DNA of 63,916 bases, filler included, from Basidioascus undulatus (lineage: Eukaryota): assembly GCA_000826855.1 (NCBI GenBank). It is 3 parts of 3 records of this genome, joined end to end, with 100 filler letters (N's around TTAATTAATTAA, not from the genome) between each part and the next. Parts side by side here need not be neighbours in the genome. Positions count along the whole stretch, not along the records: positions 21,431 to 42,721 come from JTLS01000335.1; positions 42,822 to 63,916 come from JTLS01000342.1; 1 more part is not named here. One strand, given 5' to 3'. How positions within the stretch are numbered: the stretch's first letter is position 1; the number at the start of each line of letters is the position of its first letter. Made by a program: the position numbers and the translations under genes. The notes under the pieces are model-generated. The model saw only the letters and a list, made by a program, of their open reading frames with translations. It was not told the DNA's origin and searched no databases. This document shows positions 38,880 through 50,512 of the stretch, piece by piece.

Positions 38880-39430
38880 GCCTTTATATCTTATCGTGGT
38901 GGATGAAGCCACAGCGTGGTGAGGGTGAAGGGGAGAAACAGAATAGGCTGCACCTCCTCGTGCGCGAGGTTTTATCCAGAGGATCATCCGCCGCAAGGCA
39001 AAGCACCGCGGATTTAAGCGACGCCACGGACACCTGACGGGACGCGTACGACATTTCATTAGAGGATAAGTCGCACGGTGGCAAGTTTGATATCTTTGCG
39101 ATGTTGAAATGGCAAGTAATAAAGCGGGAAACTAATGGCCAACATGGATGGCAGCTACGCGAGCCCTGCCAGGCCGCCGGTTGAAACAGCTGCGTCTGGG
39201 CGAACGCCTGGGTCCAAAGCGGACTTATCACAACCGAAGGCTCAAAGCTCAGGGCCCTTAAGGACCAGAAGATTGACCATATTCTGAACTTATTGGGCCC
39301 AGGTTCAGAGCCCCTCGAGGAACAGCACCCGCTCAAGTGGCCCCCCAGATGCATCCCGCATAACTGGGCGCGTCTTGTTCACTGGGAGGATGACACTCCA
39401 GCTTTGGGCGTAAACACAGATATCCGTGAT
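38880..39430 (-). promoter_or_regulatory. Putative amine oxidase promoter: TATA box plus several GATA sites
   Basis: Minus-strand GATAAGATATAAAGG at ~38881-38895, about 75 bp upstream of the ATG. Further GATAA/GATAT sites at ~38971, 39065, 39089, 39224 and 39419. Confidence 0.4.
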
Positions 39431-40930
39431 TATACTGCTCAGTACTTGTCTATGCGATCGTCCAAGGTGTTGATTCGGGTGTAGGCTTAGTTAGCAGACG
39501 AAATACGCCAGTCACTGCGAAATCGATCAGTCGATGAATGCCGGCTCTTCCAGGTTTACCGCAAGTACCTTCCCTACTTCTTATTGGTGTATTTTTCTTC
39601 GACCTTACCCACTGGCCGGCCTCCAGCTTGGCAATCGTCAACAACAGAGCCAAGCAGATTGGGTGGGAGGTTGCGGGTCAGCGACCGCCAGAATCTCCAG
39701 GAATACTAATGGCCGGAGTCGTTGTTCTTGCAGAAATTTTAAGGTGGACCTTCCAGACTTCAGAGGTTGTTGCTTAGGGATTCTGGGATCGATAGACCGG
39801 GAAAGCAGTCGGTCGCCGAATCGGTAAGCATGAGACAGAAGAGAAGATGCAGAATGATGAGAGAGGGCGGGTTGCTGTAAAAGTTATAAGGTGGATTTGA
39901 GTGGCTGGGGTGTCCGCACACACGCTTTGGCTGCGTCGGACGTTGCAACTGCAAAGACCGCGAAGTAGGCTGAAAAAATTAGTGTGATGGCCGCAAGCGC
40001 TGCCGTACGGAAGTATACTCAAAGCAATCCCAAAGACACTACTGAAACGAAAGCGCTCCACTTCAACAAGTACGCTGTACATCTACTTGCACTCCTTACT
40101 GCTGGTCTATGAAGACTCCATAGTGACAAGGGGGTAACAATACTCAAAGAGTCCCGACTCTCTGCTCAGCGCCGAATCGAAACGGCGTGAATTTGTCGGA
40201 AAGATCATCATAAACACAGCCGTATCATCGTTTCCGTCCCTCGCACACCGAATTGGAGGGATCAATGCCTGCTAATGTACGGTCTTGTGTACACCGCAAG
40301 AGGAAAGGATATAAAGACTGGCTGTAAGCCGGCGCATACCTGTCTTCTCCGACACTCGCACCACGCAAAGTTGGCATCGTCCTACTTGATCAAAGGCGTG
40401 TTTTTCTCCACCTCCTCTCGCAATCACTCTACCCTTCGGGACTTTGTAGATGCTGTGTCTGTCCACCGCATGGCAGCAAAAGAACACGAGTCACCCCAAG
40501 CGCACGCGCTTCACTGTGCCAGCTGGGACAGGACCAAGGCCGCCGGCCTTCGCTGGCGTCCAGCCGTCTTTTCCGCCAGTTGTGCATGCAACCCACGGCC
40601 TCCTGGGCTTTTGCCCAAAGTTGTGATGAAGAACTCATGCTACATGAGTGTGATCATATTGTCTTACGGTATACCCACCTTGTGTCTACAAGACAGTAGC
40701 TGTTTCCCCCGCATTGCTACCGCAACTCACGGATGTGTCGCTCCTCGCGCTCGCCTCTCGTCCACCGTCTTCCAAACCTCATTCCAGTAATTCATACTGA
40801 CTCTTGCTCGACCTCAAATTATACTATTTGAATGGCTATCACGCATCAATCCAACGCTGAACCCGCCTTGCGGCTATGGTTCTTCGCTGATAAGGTCCGC
40901 GAAAAGGCGCACTGGCCCGTCAAGGTCCTG

Positions 40931-41100
40931 GATGCTTTTCTGTCAGCAACACCGTTCTGCTCATGACACTTTTCTGACAACACTTTTTCCTGCGGGACAC
41001 TTTCCTGTTGGTGATACTTTCGTGTCACTGACACTTGTTTATCCATGACATGTCTCTGTCCAGGACAGATTTCTGTCAATCATGACAGAACTCTGCACCT
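40931..41100. repeat. Degenerate 17-bp tandem repeat with a palindromic GACA-N6-TGTC core, about 10 units
   Basis: Units start at 40931, 40948, 40965, 40979, 40996, 41013, 41030, 41047, 41064 and 41084. Examples: GACACTTTCCTGTTGGT, GATACTTTCGTGTCACT, GACATGTCTCTGTCCAG, GACAGATTTCTGTCAAT. Confidence 0.75.
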
Positions 41101-42544
41101 CACATTGTTACCAATAGCAATGACTTTTCTTACTCTCGGTTTCTCACAGTATTCACAGTTGCTCTTCCCAATAGGCATCCTCATAATTTTGCTGTCATCA
41201 TGGAGACTTGTCCAACATTCCACAGTGCACAGGTTGAAAGGTGCTTGTCCTTGTTCTTGCAGCTCTTCAGCACTAGCACAATGCAAACATGTTGTGTTGA
41301 CAGACCACTTATCTACCACAACCTTGAGGATCCATTGCAGATGAGCAATGTGACTGACTTTTCAAGTCCACATCCTTCATCATGCAAGATGAAGTGATGC
41401 TTTTCTGGTTGTTTGTCCCCGCTTTCTTCCGGGTAATGGGGCAAGTTACAAAGAAAATAGAATGACTTCATTCCGAAGGGCTCCAACAACACCTGATGTG
41501 CTTCCTCGAGAAGGCCTGGCAGCGCCGCGGCGGGACAACACCTCAGCAGCTGCCTGCCTGCCTGCACCAGCCACTTCCGAGTTCGCGAAGCAGTCCAGCC
41601 ATACAACTTCAGATATTCCACTATGCAGCCTGCACCCACATACGTATAGACCTGCCATACAATCACCTTCTCAAGCTTTTCTACCGTATTGTAGTGAGTG
41701 AGTGCTCGGAGTGAAGCCCTTCCCTGTCGACATTCTGTGGTGGCATTCTATGGCATTTCACAGCCCGAGATCCGTCAGAAGCGGAAAGTAGACCGGGTTG
41801 AGGAGATCCTGCGTTCTTCCGCCTGGTCAGTTCTCTAAGGCGTCTGGGCCAGGTAGGTAGCGGGTAGTGGTTCTTGTCCAACACGGCACACTCGAGCGCC
41901 GCATCTGGAGGAAGAAGAGGATCTCATTTTCATTCTTGTGGTAGCCTTCTTTGAGCTCCACCGCCACACTGAGCCATGATGCTCAACAGAGCAAAGTACT
42001 ACCGTGCAAAGTGTATGTTCCCCGATGCAGCTTGCAAAGCGTGTGTTGCGGTGCACACCTCAGGCTGCACAAAGTGAGGAACTCGGGTTCGTCAATTTCC
42101 CGATAGGGCAATTGAGGCAAAGACTTGGAACATAGAGCTGCGATGTTCGTCTGAAAGCTTTTGTCCGAAGCCGTCCAGATAAGATAGACCAGGAGACGAA
42201 CACGTACAACATCGGCACGGCCTGGTCGACGTGCTCCGTCCGTTGCTCGTGCCGTGCTGAGGTCAAATCAGCCTTACAGCAATAAAAACAAGAAAGTCCG
42301 TGTTGTAGTGGCTCGGCGACCTCACATGCACGGAAACGACGTTGAGCTTTCAGGCCAAATTGCAGCTTCCGACCCGCTCGTCTCTCGTCTGCCCACCAGC
42401 TGCCCGCCGTCCCATGCGCACTACCAGTCGAGGTCGTCCACGCAAGGGCCGAAGCTCGAAGTCATCCACCTAAATGCGCAAACGTCTACAATGCCCCCTT
42501 CCGTCCGTCCTTCCTCCCGCGACACCAAGGCAAGGCAGAGGCGC

Positions 42545-42721
42545 TCAGTGGTGCTTGACCTTGACATTGTCCCACGCGGCGCGCTCGGCCTCCTCGGCGA
42601 CGATCTCGTTGATGCGCGGGGTTAGGTAGCGCTGCTCCTTCTGCGCGTGCGCCAGGGGAAGCGGTGAGCGCGGAAGAAAGGAGGGAAGAAGAGGCTCACG
42701 AGATAGTGGCGCCAGAGCTTG
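42545..42721 (-). CDS. QCR7: Cytochrome b-c1 complex subunit 7, 3' end only (contig end)
   Basis: The last exon KEQRYLTPRINEIVAEEAERAAWDNVKVKHH* matches the Qcr7 C-terminus pattern (D.RYL.P.I.EV..E..ER..WD). It is preceded by a GT-AG intron. Confidence 0.6.
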   Translation of the reverse strand, partial: QALAPLSREPLLPSFLPRSPLPLAHAQKEQRYLTPRINEIVAEEAERAAWDNVKVKHH

Positions 42722-42821
42722 NNNNNNNNNNNNNNNNNNNNNNNNNNNNNNNNNNNNNNNNNNNNTTAATTAATTAANNNNNNNNNNNNNNNNNNNNNNN
42801 NNNNNNNNNNNNNNNNNNNNN
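42722..42821. other. Artificial contig linker (Ns with TTAATTAATTAA)
   Basis: Same 100-bp linker, with TTAATTAATTAA at 42766-42777. Genes on either side are cut. Confidence 0.97.
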
Positions 42822-45800
42822 GGGAGATCGGGGAGGAGGAGGGAGAGGGGTGGGAGGCGCTCGCGGGGCTGCTCGAGGCGGGGAGGGACCGGGTGTTGGA
42901 TTTCAGGTGCGTGGATTGTGTCATTGGGTGGTCGGGCAAGTGTTGAATCAGGTGGACGTTGTAGGTTCCGTGACGGCAGCGTTTTTACCCTCCCCTTCGC
43001 GACGCCCACCACCCCCTGCAAATCCTCCCCTCCGCGCACCGCCCCGCTCAGCCTCTCCTCCTACTCGACCCTCCTCTCGCGCCTCCTCTCGCGCTACCCC
43101 TCCTACCCCCCGACACTCTCCTCCCTCCTCCTCTCCCTCTCCGCGCACCTGCCCGAGCCCACCGCGCTCGCGCTCATCCGACACTCCGCCACCTCCGGCG
43201 CGTGCATCCCCTCCTCCCCCAACTGGCTCCAGAATGTCCGTGCCCTCGTCGAGCGCTTCTACCTCGGCCCTGCCGCGCGCCCGCCCACGCGCGTCGCGGT
43301 TGCGAGGCTGCTGTTCGAGCATGTCGTCGAGGGGACGAGGGACGTGCCGGTTTTCAGGGAACAGTTCTTAAGCCGCATATTGCTTCCCTTGCTGGAGCAG
43401 ACGCTCGCGGATGAGACGGACCTGGAGATCGAGGCGATGGCATGGGAGTACTTGGGATTGGTCGCGGTCGGGGAGGCGGTGGAGGAGGATGAGGAGGAGC
43501 GCCGGAAGAGGGACGAGGTGGGCGAGCGCCTGCCGGACAAGGAGCCCGCGCCGGCGAGGGGCGAGTACGGCGCGGACCCGCCCGACAGCGGCGACGGCGG
43601 CGACGGCGGCGTTGGGGAGTCCAAGTCGATCTCGACCGCGTCGGACGACTCGGGCTCGATCCCCTCTGTCCTCGGCGGGGCGGATGCCGCGCGCCCCGTG
43701 ACTTTTGAGCGGATTCGCGCACTCCTCAACACCCTCGCCCGGCACCGCGACCCGTCCGAGCCCCCGAGCCGCCAGCCCGCGGCATACTCGATCTCCCCCG
43801 GCGAGATCCGCGTCCCCGCCGACGCGCCCCTCACGATGATGAGCCTCGTCAGCGCCCCCGCCGCCCAGCGCATCACGTCCCCGCGCCCCGGGACCGTCGG
43901 CCTCCCCCCCATCCCGGCAGATGGCGAGCCGTCCACGGCGACGACGACGACGGCGACGCGCTCCAAGTCCCTCGGCGCGGTCCTCACGCTCATCAACGTC
44001 TTTGACAAGCTCGCGTTCTCCCCGCCCCACTCGCTCACGACGAGCAAGCTCGCGCGCGCGCCTGCCTCGAGACGCTGCATCCTCATCTGGAGGGACCTCC
44101 TCGCGCTCCTCGCGCCCGCGTCCAAGGTGCCCTCATCCGTCGACTCGCCCCCGCTCGCCGCTGCGGACCGCCCGCCGCAGATCTCGAGCCGCGCGAGACT
44201 CGCGATCCTCCAGTTCTTCTTTCGCCTCCGCGCGGACAGGGACCACCGCATCTTCCCCGACAAGGACATGGACGAGGCTATCATGCCCACGGCGTCGATC
44301 CTCCACCGCGTGCACCTGGCCGAGACGATCCCTGCGAACGAGCAGGCCGAGGAGCGGCTCCGCCGTGCGATGAGCGTCCGCTCTCCGCCTGCCCCCGCGT
44401 CCGAGAACGGCGGCAGCGAGCGCGGGCGGGAGGCGCGTCGGCGTTCGAGGGACATCGAGCGCTCGAGGGACCGCAGTCGGAGTGCGTCGCGCGCACCTGT
44501 CGCCCGCGTCGCGCAGGAGATCCTCTGGAGCGTGCCCGAGTCGCTCCCGTTCAAGCTCACGCAATCGCAGCGCCCCGCGGTGGGGCTCATCACGTGGGAC
44601 GCGTCCTGGGGCGCCAGCGGGGAGGATGTGGCCGGGCGGCAGGTCGTCCCTCTGCCCGTGTCCGAGTACGTGCGCACGCTCGTCGCAATCCTCGAGCACG
44701 AGCGTGACTGGGAACTCGTCTCGTACGTGCTGTGCCACCTACCCGTCCAGCTGGCCAACAAGAACTTTTTCTCGGGCCCGCGCGCGTCGACCGAGATCCG
44801 CGCGCTCCGCTCCGCCCTCTGCGCAGGCATCCTCCGGGACCGCCTCGGCGAGAGCGTGCTCCTGCCCCCCGGGATCAAGCGGACGGAGGTCCACGCGGTC
44901 ACGTACCAGACGCTGACGACGCTGATCGCGTACCGGCCGCTGTTCGACAAGGCCCAGCACGACGAGATGGTCGAGGCGTTCATGCAGGGCTTGAGCATGA
45001 GCCACCTCACGGCGCGGCCGTGCGTCCACGCGCTCGTCATGTGCTGCTACGAGCTCCAGCCGAGCATGACAAAGTACATCTCGGCCGCGCTCCACAAGCT
45101 CTCGCAGGTCATGTCCGCCGCGAGCATGGGCTCCCACATTCTGGAGTTCCTCGTCGCAGTCGGACACATCCCCCCGCTCTACGCCAACTTTACGCAGGCG
45201 GAGTACCGCCTTGTTTTCGGCCTCGCGCTCAAATACATCGAGCACCACCATACGGCGCTCGCGGAGCGCAAGCTCGAGCAGGAACGCTTCCCCGATCGCT
45301 ACCGCCCGCTGTCGTCCGGCGAGCAGGCCCTCGCGGAGCACGTCTTGCTGATGGCCTACTACACCGTGCGTCTCCCGGACTACTTCCCTTCATTGGCTGG
45401 GTTTCTGACGTGTTTGGGCCGTTCACGCTTGCAGATCTACCTCTGGTTCCTCTCCATCCGGCTCGCGGACCGTGCGCGCTACGTGCCCATCATCGTGCGC
45501 GGCCTGCTCGTCGCAGCAGAGCACACGGGGGCGGTCGACGAGCAGTCTGAAGTCTGCTTCGACATGATCATGCGCTACGCATACTCGAACGTCAACCCGC
45601 GCACCATCCGCTCGCCGCTCTCCGACCTCGTCGTCGCCGGCGGTGGCAAGAAGCCCGCGACCGTCAACGTCAAACACTGGATCCAGGGCAACGCAGTCGT
45701 TTCGGTCGAGGCGCTCGACCGCGCGGGCTGGGCACAGGTCGTCGTTCGCCGGCCCTCGGGCACGATGACCATGCTGTGCAAGCTCGAGAACGTCCCGCTC

Positions 45801-47107
45801 GTCGGAAGGGAGGGAGACCTCCTCGACATGACGTCGGTGCATACGCTCTTGACGACCGGCTCGGCCCCGCCTCAGCCGCAGCCGACCGCTTCGAGCAGGG
45901 TCATTCGCGCGCCGCCGCTCTTCCCGGACGAGGAGCAGGCGGAGGAGCCCAAGGCGGAGGAGGCGCCGACGGAGGAGGTTTGTCGGTCTTGCCTGTTGGC
46001 CTGTTGAAGACGCACAGCTGACTGTTGCTTTGGGTGGTTTCAGAACGATCCGACCTCGTCCGCGTCCGAGAACGCCCCTCCCACCCCCGCTCCCGCCCCT
46101 GCTGAGCCCAGCGGGCCGCAGCCGACGCTGTCCAAGGACCTCCTCATGCCCGGGCACCTCGCGCTCCAGCTGTCGACCTACCCGGACATCAGTGCGACGC
46201 ATCCCCGCGCGCGGCTCCTGCCGAACGACGCGGCCTGCGAGCGGTTCATCCGCGGGCTGGATTCGCACCAGGTCGTGGACTCGCACAAGATTGGCGTGCT
46301 TTTCGTCGGGCGCGGGCAGTCGTCCGAGACGGAGATCCTGGGCAACACGCAGGGGTCGCCGCAGTACGTTCGCTTCCTGTCGCGCCTCGGCAACCTCATC
46401 CGCCTCAAGGGCCACGAGGGTTACACGGGCGGGCTAGATCGCGAAACGGACATGGACGGGAAATATGCGTACGCGTGGTGGGACGACATCGACCAGGTCG
46501 TCTTCCACGTCGCGACGCTCATGCCGAACCACGCGCACGACCCGCAACACCGGCACAAGAAGGCGCACATCGGCAACGACTTTGTGCGTATCGTATGGAA
46601 CGGCTCCGGCCTGCCTTACGCGCTCGACACCGTCAAGTCCCAGTTCAACTTCGTCAACATCCTCATCTCCCCGCATTCAAAGGGGGTCCCCGTCCACCGC
46701 CCGCTCGGTGCGCCCGAGCACGTCAACGACGAGGACTTCTACCGTGTCGAGCTCCAGCGCCGACCGGGAATGCCGGACTTTGGCCCGCTCGGCAACTTCA
46801 AGATCGTCTCGACCGAGGCCCTCCCGCACGTCATCCGGCAGATGTCCCTTTTCGCCGACCTCCTCTCCCAAGTCTATGTCCAGGTCGAGGAGAACCTCGA
46901 GTTTGTCTCAAGCTGGCGGAGGGTACGCGTCTGCTTTTTCGCGCCTGTCCTCATCCGCATCCCGTTGCTGACTTGTCTCCGCTCTCACAGCGCCTGCAAG
47001 CGATCAAGCTCTACCGCGACCGCCTTCCGCCGCCCGTGGACGACGGGCCGCCGCCCGACGGCGTCCTCGGCCAAGAGGCCTCGCGCGACTTCTCGCGCTT
47101 CGTCTGA
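42822..47107 (+). CDS. TSC2: Tuberin (Rheb GAP), 5'-truncated
   Basis: Tuberin domain (LEHERDWELVSYVLCHLPVQLANK, CVHALVMCCYEL, HILEFL...LYANF) plus Rap-GAP domain (HKIGVLFVGRGQ...EILGN, YTGGLD, VVFHVATLMP, KKAHIGNDFVRIVWN). Ends RDFSRFV*. Confidence 0.95.
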
Positions 47108-47594
47108 GACACCTCTCGGAATCGGAGGATCCTCCTTACCATCTTACTCTTCCCATACTCCCTGCTTTCCCCTCCTCTTCCTCCGCATCCGGATACCGCG
47201 GCGCTTTCTCTCCCACACGCCCGACGTGGTCTCCAAGCGACGTTGCCTTGGTACACTTCGTCTCAACGATCGTTTCGTATCCTTCCGCCTGCATCTTGTT
47301 TTCGCGATTTGTTTTCAACTCATGTTCTTGTATGCATTGTCCGCAGCGCAGTCAAAGTGAATGCCGGCTATCGCCGCAGACGTAGTCTTTTCGTGTTTCA
47401 TTTTTTGCGTGGCGCTCGATGCGATTTGCGTTCAGCTATCCACGATTTGTGGACACGGTTCAGTTCGGACAGTCTGATGGCAGAAGGCGCAGATAACGAA
47501 TCATGATAAGCACACTCTCGACGCAACGAACGAGAGACAAGGTCCTTGGAAGATATTTCAACGCCCGTACTGGTTAATTCGTCAGAAACTCCCA

Positions 47595-47636
47595 CCGCAT
47601 GTCCCACAATGTTATCTCCCGCATGTCTCACAATGT
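47595..47636. repeat. Tandem duplication with 24-bp period
   Basis: CCGCATGTCCCACAATGT at 47595 and CCGCATGTCTCACAATGT at 47619. Confidence 0.7.
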
Positions 47637-48129
47637 CTCTAAGTATCGTCGCCGCACGCCGCAGACTTTCACTTCTCCCCCACAGCCGCCTCTTCCTTCA
47701 GCCACGGGTCCAGGTATGGAAATGGTCAGAAGAGGGACAAGCATTCTCCAGGTCTGGGGTATCGACCTCCATGCAGTGCACGTACTTAACATCACGTAAT
47801 GCTTGTATATGCTTGTTAATTCGGACGTCCGCTGGAGCAATGGCCGACATCTTGACCACCGCCCGCTCAGGCACCCGTCGCTATGCTCGTCGATGCGTTC
47901 GGTTTGACAGCTGGGCATGGTCCAAAAACATTGCACCTCACGCAATATCATGTATACCGTAATGCCTTTGAGGAGCTTTCTTTTGCAGAGGACAACCCTT
48001 TCAATCGGCGAGTGGGCAAGACTGTTTCACCAGCGCAGAGCCAAGTTGGCAGTTTTACGCAGACACCGCACATGCATTACATCGAGAACTCAGTCATCAG
48101 AAACAGTATAAGCGCCTCGGGAATTCTTA

Positions 48130-49160
48130 TTTTCAGTGCGCATCTTTCTGCTTCTCAGTGCCTCTGCGCACCCTGTTCTTTTTTGTCTCGGGTGCCTCCA
48201 CGCACATGCCTGCCTTTCGGTTGGTGTTTATCGCATTCCCATACCTTCCATTGCCTTCTCCGTTTAGTGTGGTGTCCTTGTACGTTTGGTGTGATGTCCT
48301 TGTACACCACCGTTCTTCTTTTTCTTTCCTCAGTGCCGCCGCGCACTGCTCCTTTTGAGTCCATCACTGCATACCACCGATTCCTCTCCGCAGCTCTCCG
48401 CAGGCAGGTCGCAGATCTCCACGGCGTCTTCTTCAAGGTCTCGGTATTGAACGGGGTGCCTCTGCTGCTCACCACTGTCTGTCCTTCTGCTCTCGTGCCT
48501 CAGCGCACTCGTTGCTTCTTTCATCCGGGGGGTGCCTTGACGCACTCCCCTCCCCTTTGTTCAAGTGTTATGGGAATTCCCTTGTGTTCTGCTTCCCTTT
48601 TATTTTAGTGGGGTGCCACCACTCACTGCTGTCTTTCTCTTCCCTTCTTTGGTGCCGCCGTGCACTGCTGCTTTCGAGCTTCAACCCTATTCGACCTTCC
48701 TTGAGTCCTGCGCGCACACATTACTGAGTCCTCTGCCCAGGCCGGGAATTTCCACAGTGTCTTCTTCTTCAAACCCGCGGTATTGACACAGGGTGTCTCT
48801 GCGCGCCACCGTTCGTCCAGTGCTCTGCGCACTCGGCTGCTTCCTTTCGCTTCGGCGCCTCACCGCACTCGGTTCTTTCTTTCCTGCATTTGGTACATCT
48901 GCGCACTTGCCTTATCTTGAATAGGCTTTACCGTACATTCCCCTGTGTCTTATTTTCTTCTACATCTAGGGTCGTGTCTCCGTGCACCATCACCCTGTTT
49001 CCCCTTCCTCGTGCCGCATCGCACTGCTCCTTCCGACCTGCCTTGAGTGCATTCGCGCACACACCACTGTTACCTTCCTTGAGTCCCTTAATGCTGCAAC
49101 ATTCCTTCAAAGTGGTATCAACAAGTTTCTTTATGTTGTTAAGGCGCCTCAGCGCACTTC
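48130..49160. repeat. Hierarchical non-coding array: GTGC-N6-GCAC palindromic cores about every 37 bp, in ~340-360 bp higher-order units (about 3 copies)
   Basis: Cores at 48158, 48192, 48333, 48456, 48495, 48532, 48613, 48652, 48793, 48820, 48855, 48893, 48974, 49011 and 49144. Shared landmarks CTTCAA..GGTATTGA at ~48428, 48764 and 49103, and ATTCCC at ~48235, 48576 and 48937. Confidence 0.8.
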
Positions 49161-49808
49161 TGGTACCGCGGTCATCTCCCCAGGCCGTTGTATCGCTTCG
49201 ACACAATGGCTTCCACTGAAGTTCATTTCTGGTATCCCCAGCTACCACTGCTTTTAATTGGGGAGATTTCCCCCACGTAATAATAATTCTTAGGTCCCGC
49301 GACACTGCGAGCGTACATATACAGCAACACGTCCGACCACTGTCATCGACGCCCAGACCACTAACCGTCTCTGGGGGCGTCTCTGGGGGAGAGGAACAGT
49401 GCCCGGTTCTTAATGACACCGTTTAGCCACTTGGCGCTTCAAATTCACGCATAGCTAGTGAACAAAGTCTGTGTCGTTTACCAGCTCGGACCACAGCGCA
49501 CCAGACTCAAGTTGTCGCGGTTACTGCCCTTGCCTTGGTTCGGTTCCCTCGCCTTTTTTCCCTTAGAGATACACAGGCGGCCTAACAGTTTTTCCGAAAC
49601 TCAGCAGCCCGCGACCTCGTGAGCAGTGGTTTGATCGTTGGCACATGTCGAAGGTGGACTCCACCAAGTCCTCGCTCATCATCCCATCTGACGAACTATT
49701 GAGCTTCCAATGACTCCGCCCACGGCAGCATGAATTCTTTTTTCAACTGCACATCTTCACCTCCAATATTTACTATTCAGGTAGTCTTTAGATAAAGTGA
49801 AACGCATC

Positions 49809-49892
49809 GGCCTGATGGTCTAGTAGTATGATTTTCCCTTAGGGTGTTCAACTGTTTGGGAGAGGTCCCGGGTTCAATTCCCGGTTAGGCCC
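49809..49892 (+). tRNA. tRNA-Pro(AGG) with a 12-nt intron (49845-49856)
   Basis: Acceptor stem GGCCTGA/TTAGGCC, D arm TGGTCTAGTAGTATGATT, anticodon stem TTCCC/GGGAG with AGG at 49841-49843, T arm CCGGG-TTCAATT-CCCGG. The intron is at the canonical position one base 3' of the anticodon. Confidence 0.95.
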
Positions 49893-49897
49893 TTTTT
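49893..49897 (+). terminator. Pol III oligo-dT terminator of tRNA-Pro
   Basis: TTTTT immediately after the discriminator base. Confidence 0.8.
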
Positions 49898-50512
49898 CGT
49901 TCTTATTGCCAGCTTTCCTCGGCCACTGCGAAAAGCGAAGGGGGGTGTGAAAGAAGGGAGCGAGGCAGCGCAGTGCACTTCCGCTGTCAGATCTTTTTCG
50001 TGGCCACCCTTATGTAAGTATAGGCGCAGGTTACCGTTTGAAGAGGCTGTTGAGGGTTTCACAGTGTCAGGATGCTTAAGTGTGTCTGGATGTGGGTTCA
50101 TGAAGAAAAGGCCGGTCGCTGACACTGTCCCGTGTCAGTCCTGTGTCTTCTCAATGCGGCCGCTTGCCGTCCCGGTCTTCTCGTCGTCTTCTCGTCGAAT
50201 AGGAAGGACTGACAGGTTTTGAAAGTTCATCGAATGGAAGCACTGAAAGTCTTGGACGCATTGACCCTTGGGCAAGCCACTGGGATTACTGCGCGCAGGC
50301 CAAGACAATCGGCATGCTCGCACATCATTGGTCCTTTCTTCTCTCAGAGTCCGATGGAGCTTGCTCATAAGCATCAGCAGGCGATAGATATTGCAGCTCT
50401 GAAACAGTAAGGCGCTGAGCGGCGTCGCACACCTTGGGTTGAAGCAGTTGCCAGGCGCACGGAAAACGTCAAGTCGAGTCCCCAAACGCACTGCACCTCC
50501 CCAACGAAGCGC

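Noticed and set aside
43259..45040. Long antisense ORFs (e.g. 593 aa opposite TSC2, 380 aa opposite the amine oxidase, 330 aa opposite SEC24)
   Set aside because: These are shadow ORFs expected from high GC3 codon bias on the coding strand.
48130..49160. Calling the palindromic array a CRISPR array
   Set aside because: The repeats are only 14 bp and degenerate, the spacers recur in higher-order units rather than being unique, there are no cas genes, and the context is eukaryotic.
47883..49419. ORFs 47883..48608 (+) and 48928..49419 (-) as real proteins
   Set aside because: They overlap the repeat array, have biased composition and no recognisable domain, and the unit spacing is not a multiple of 3.
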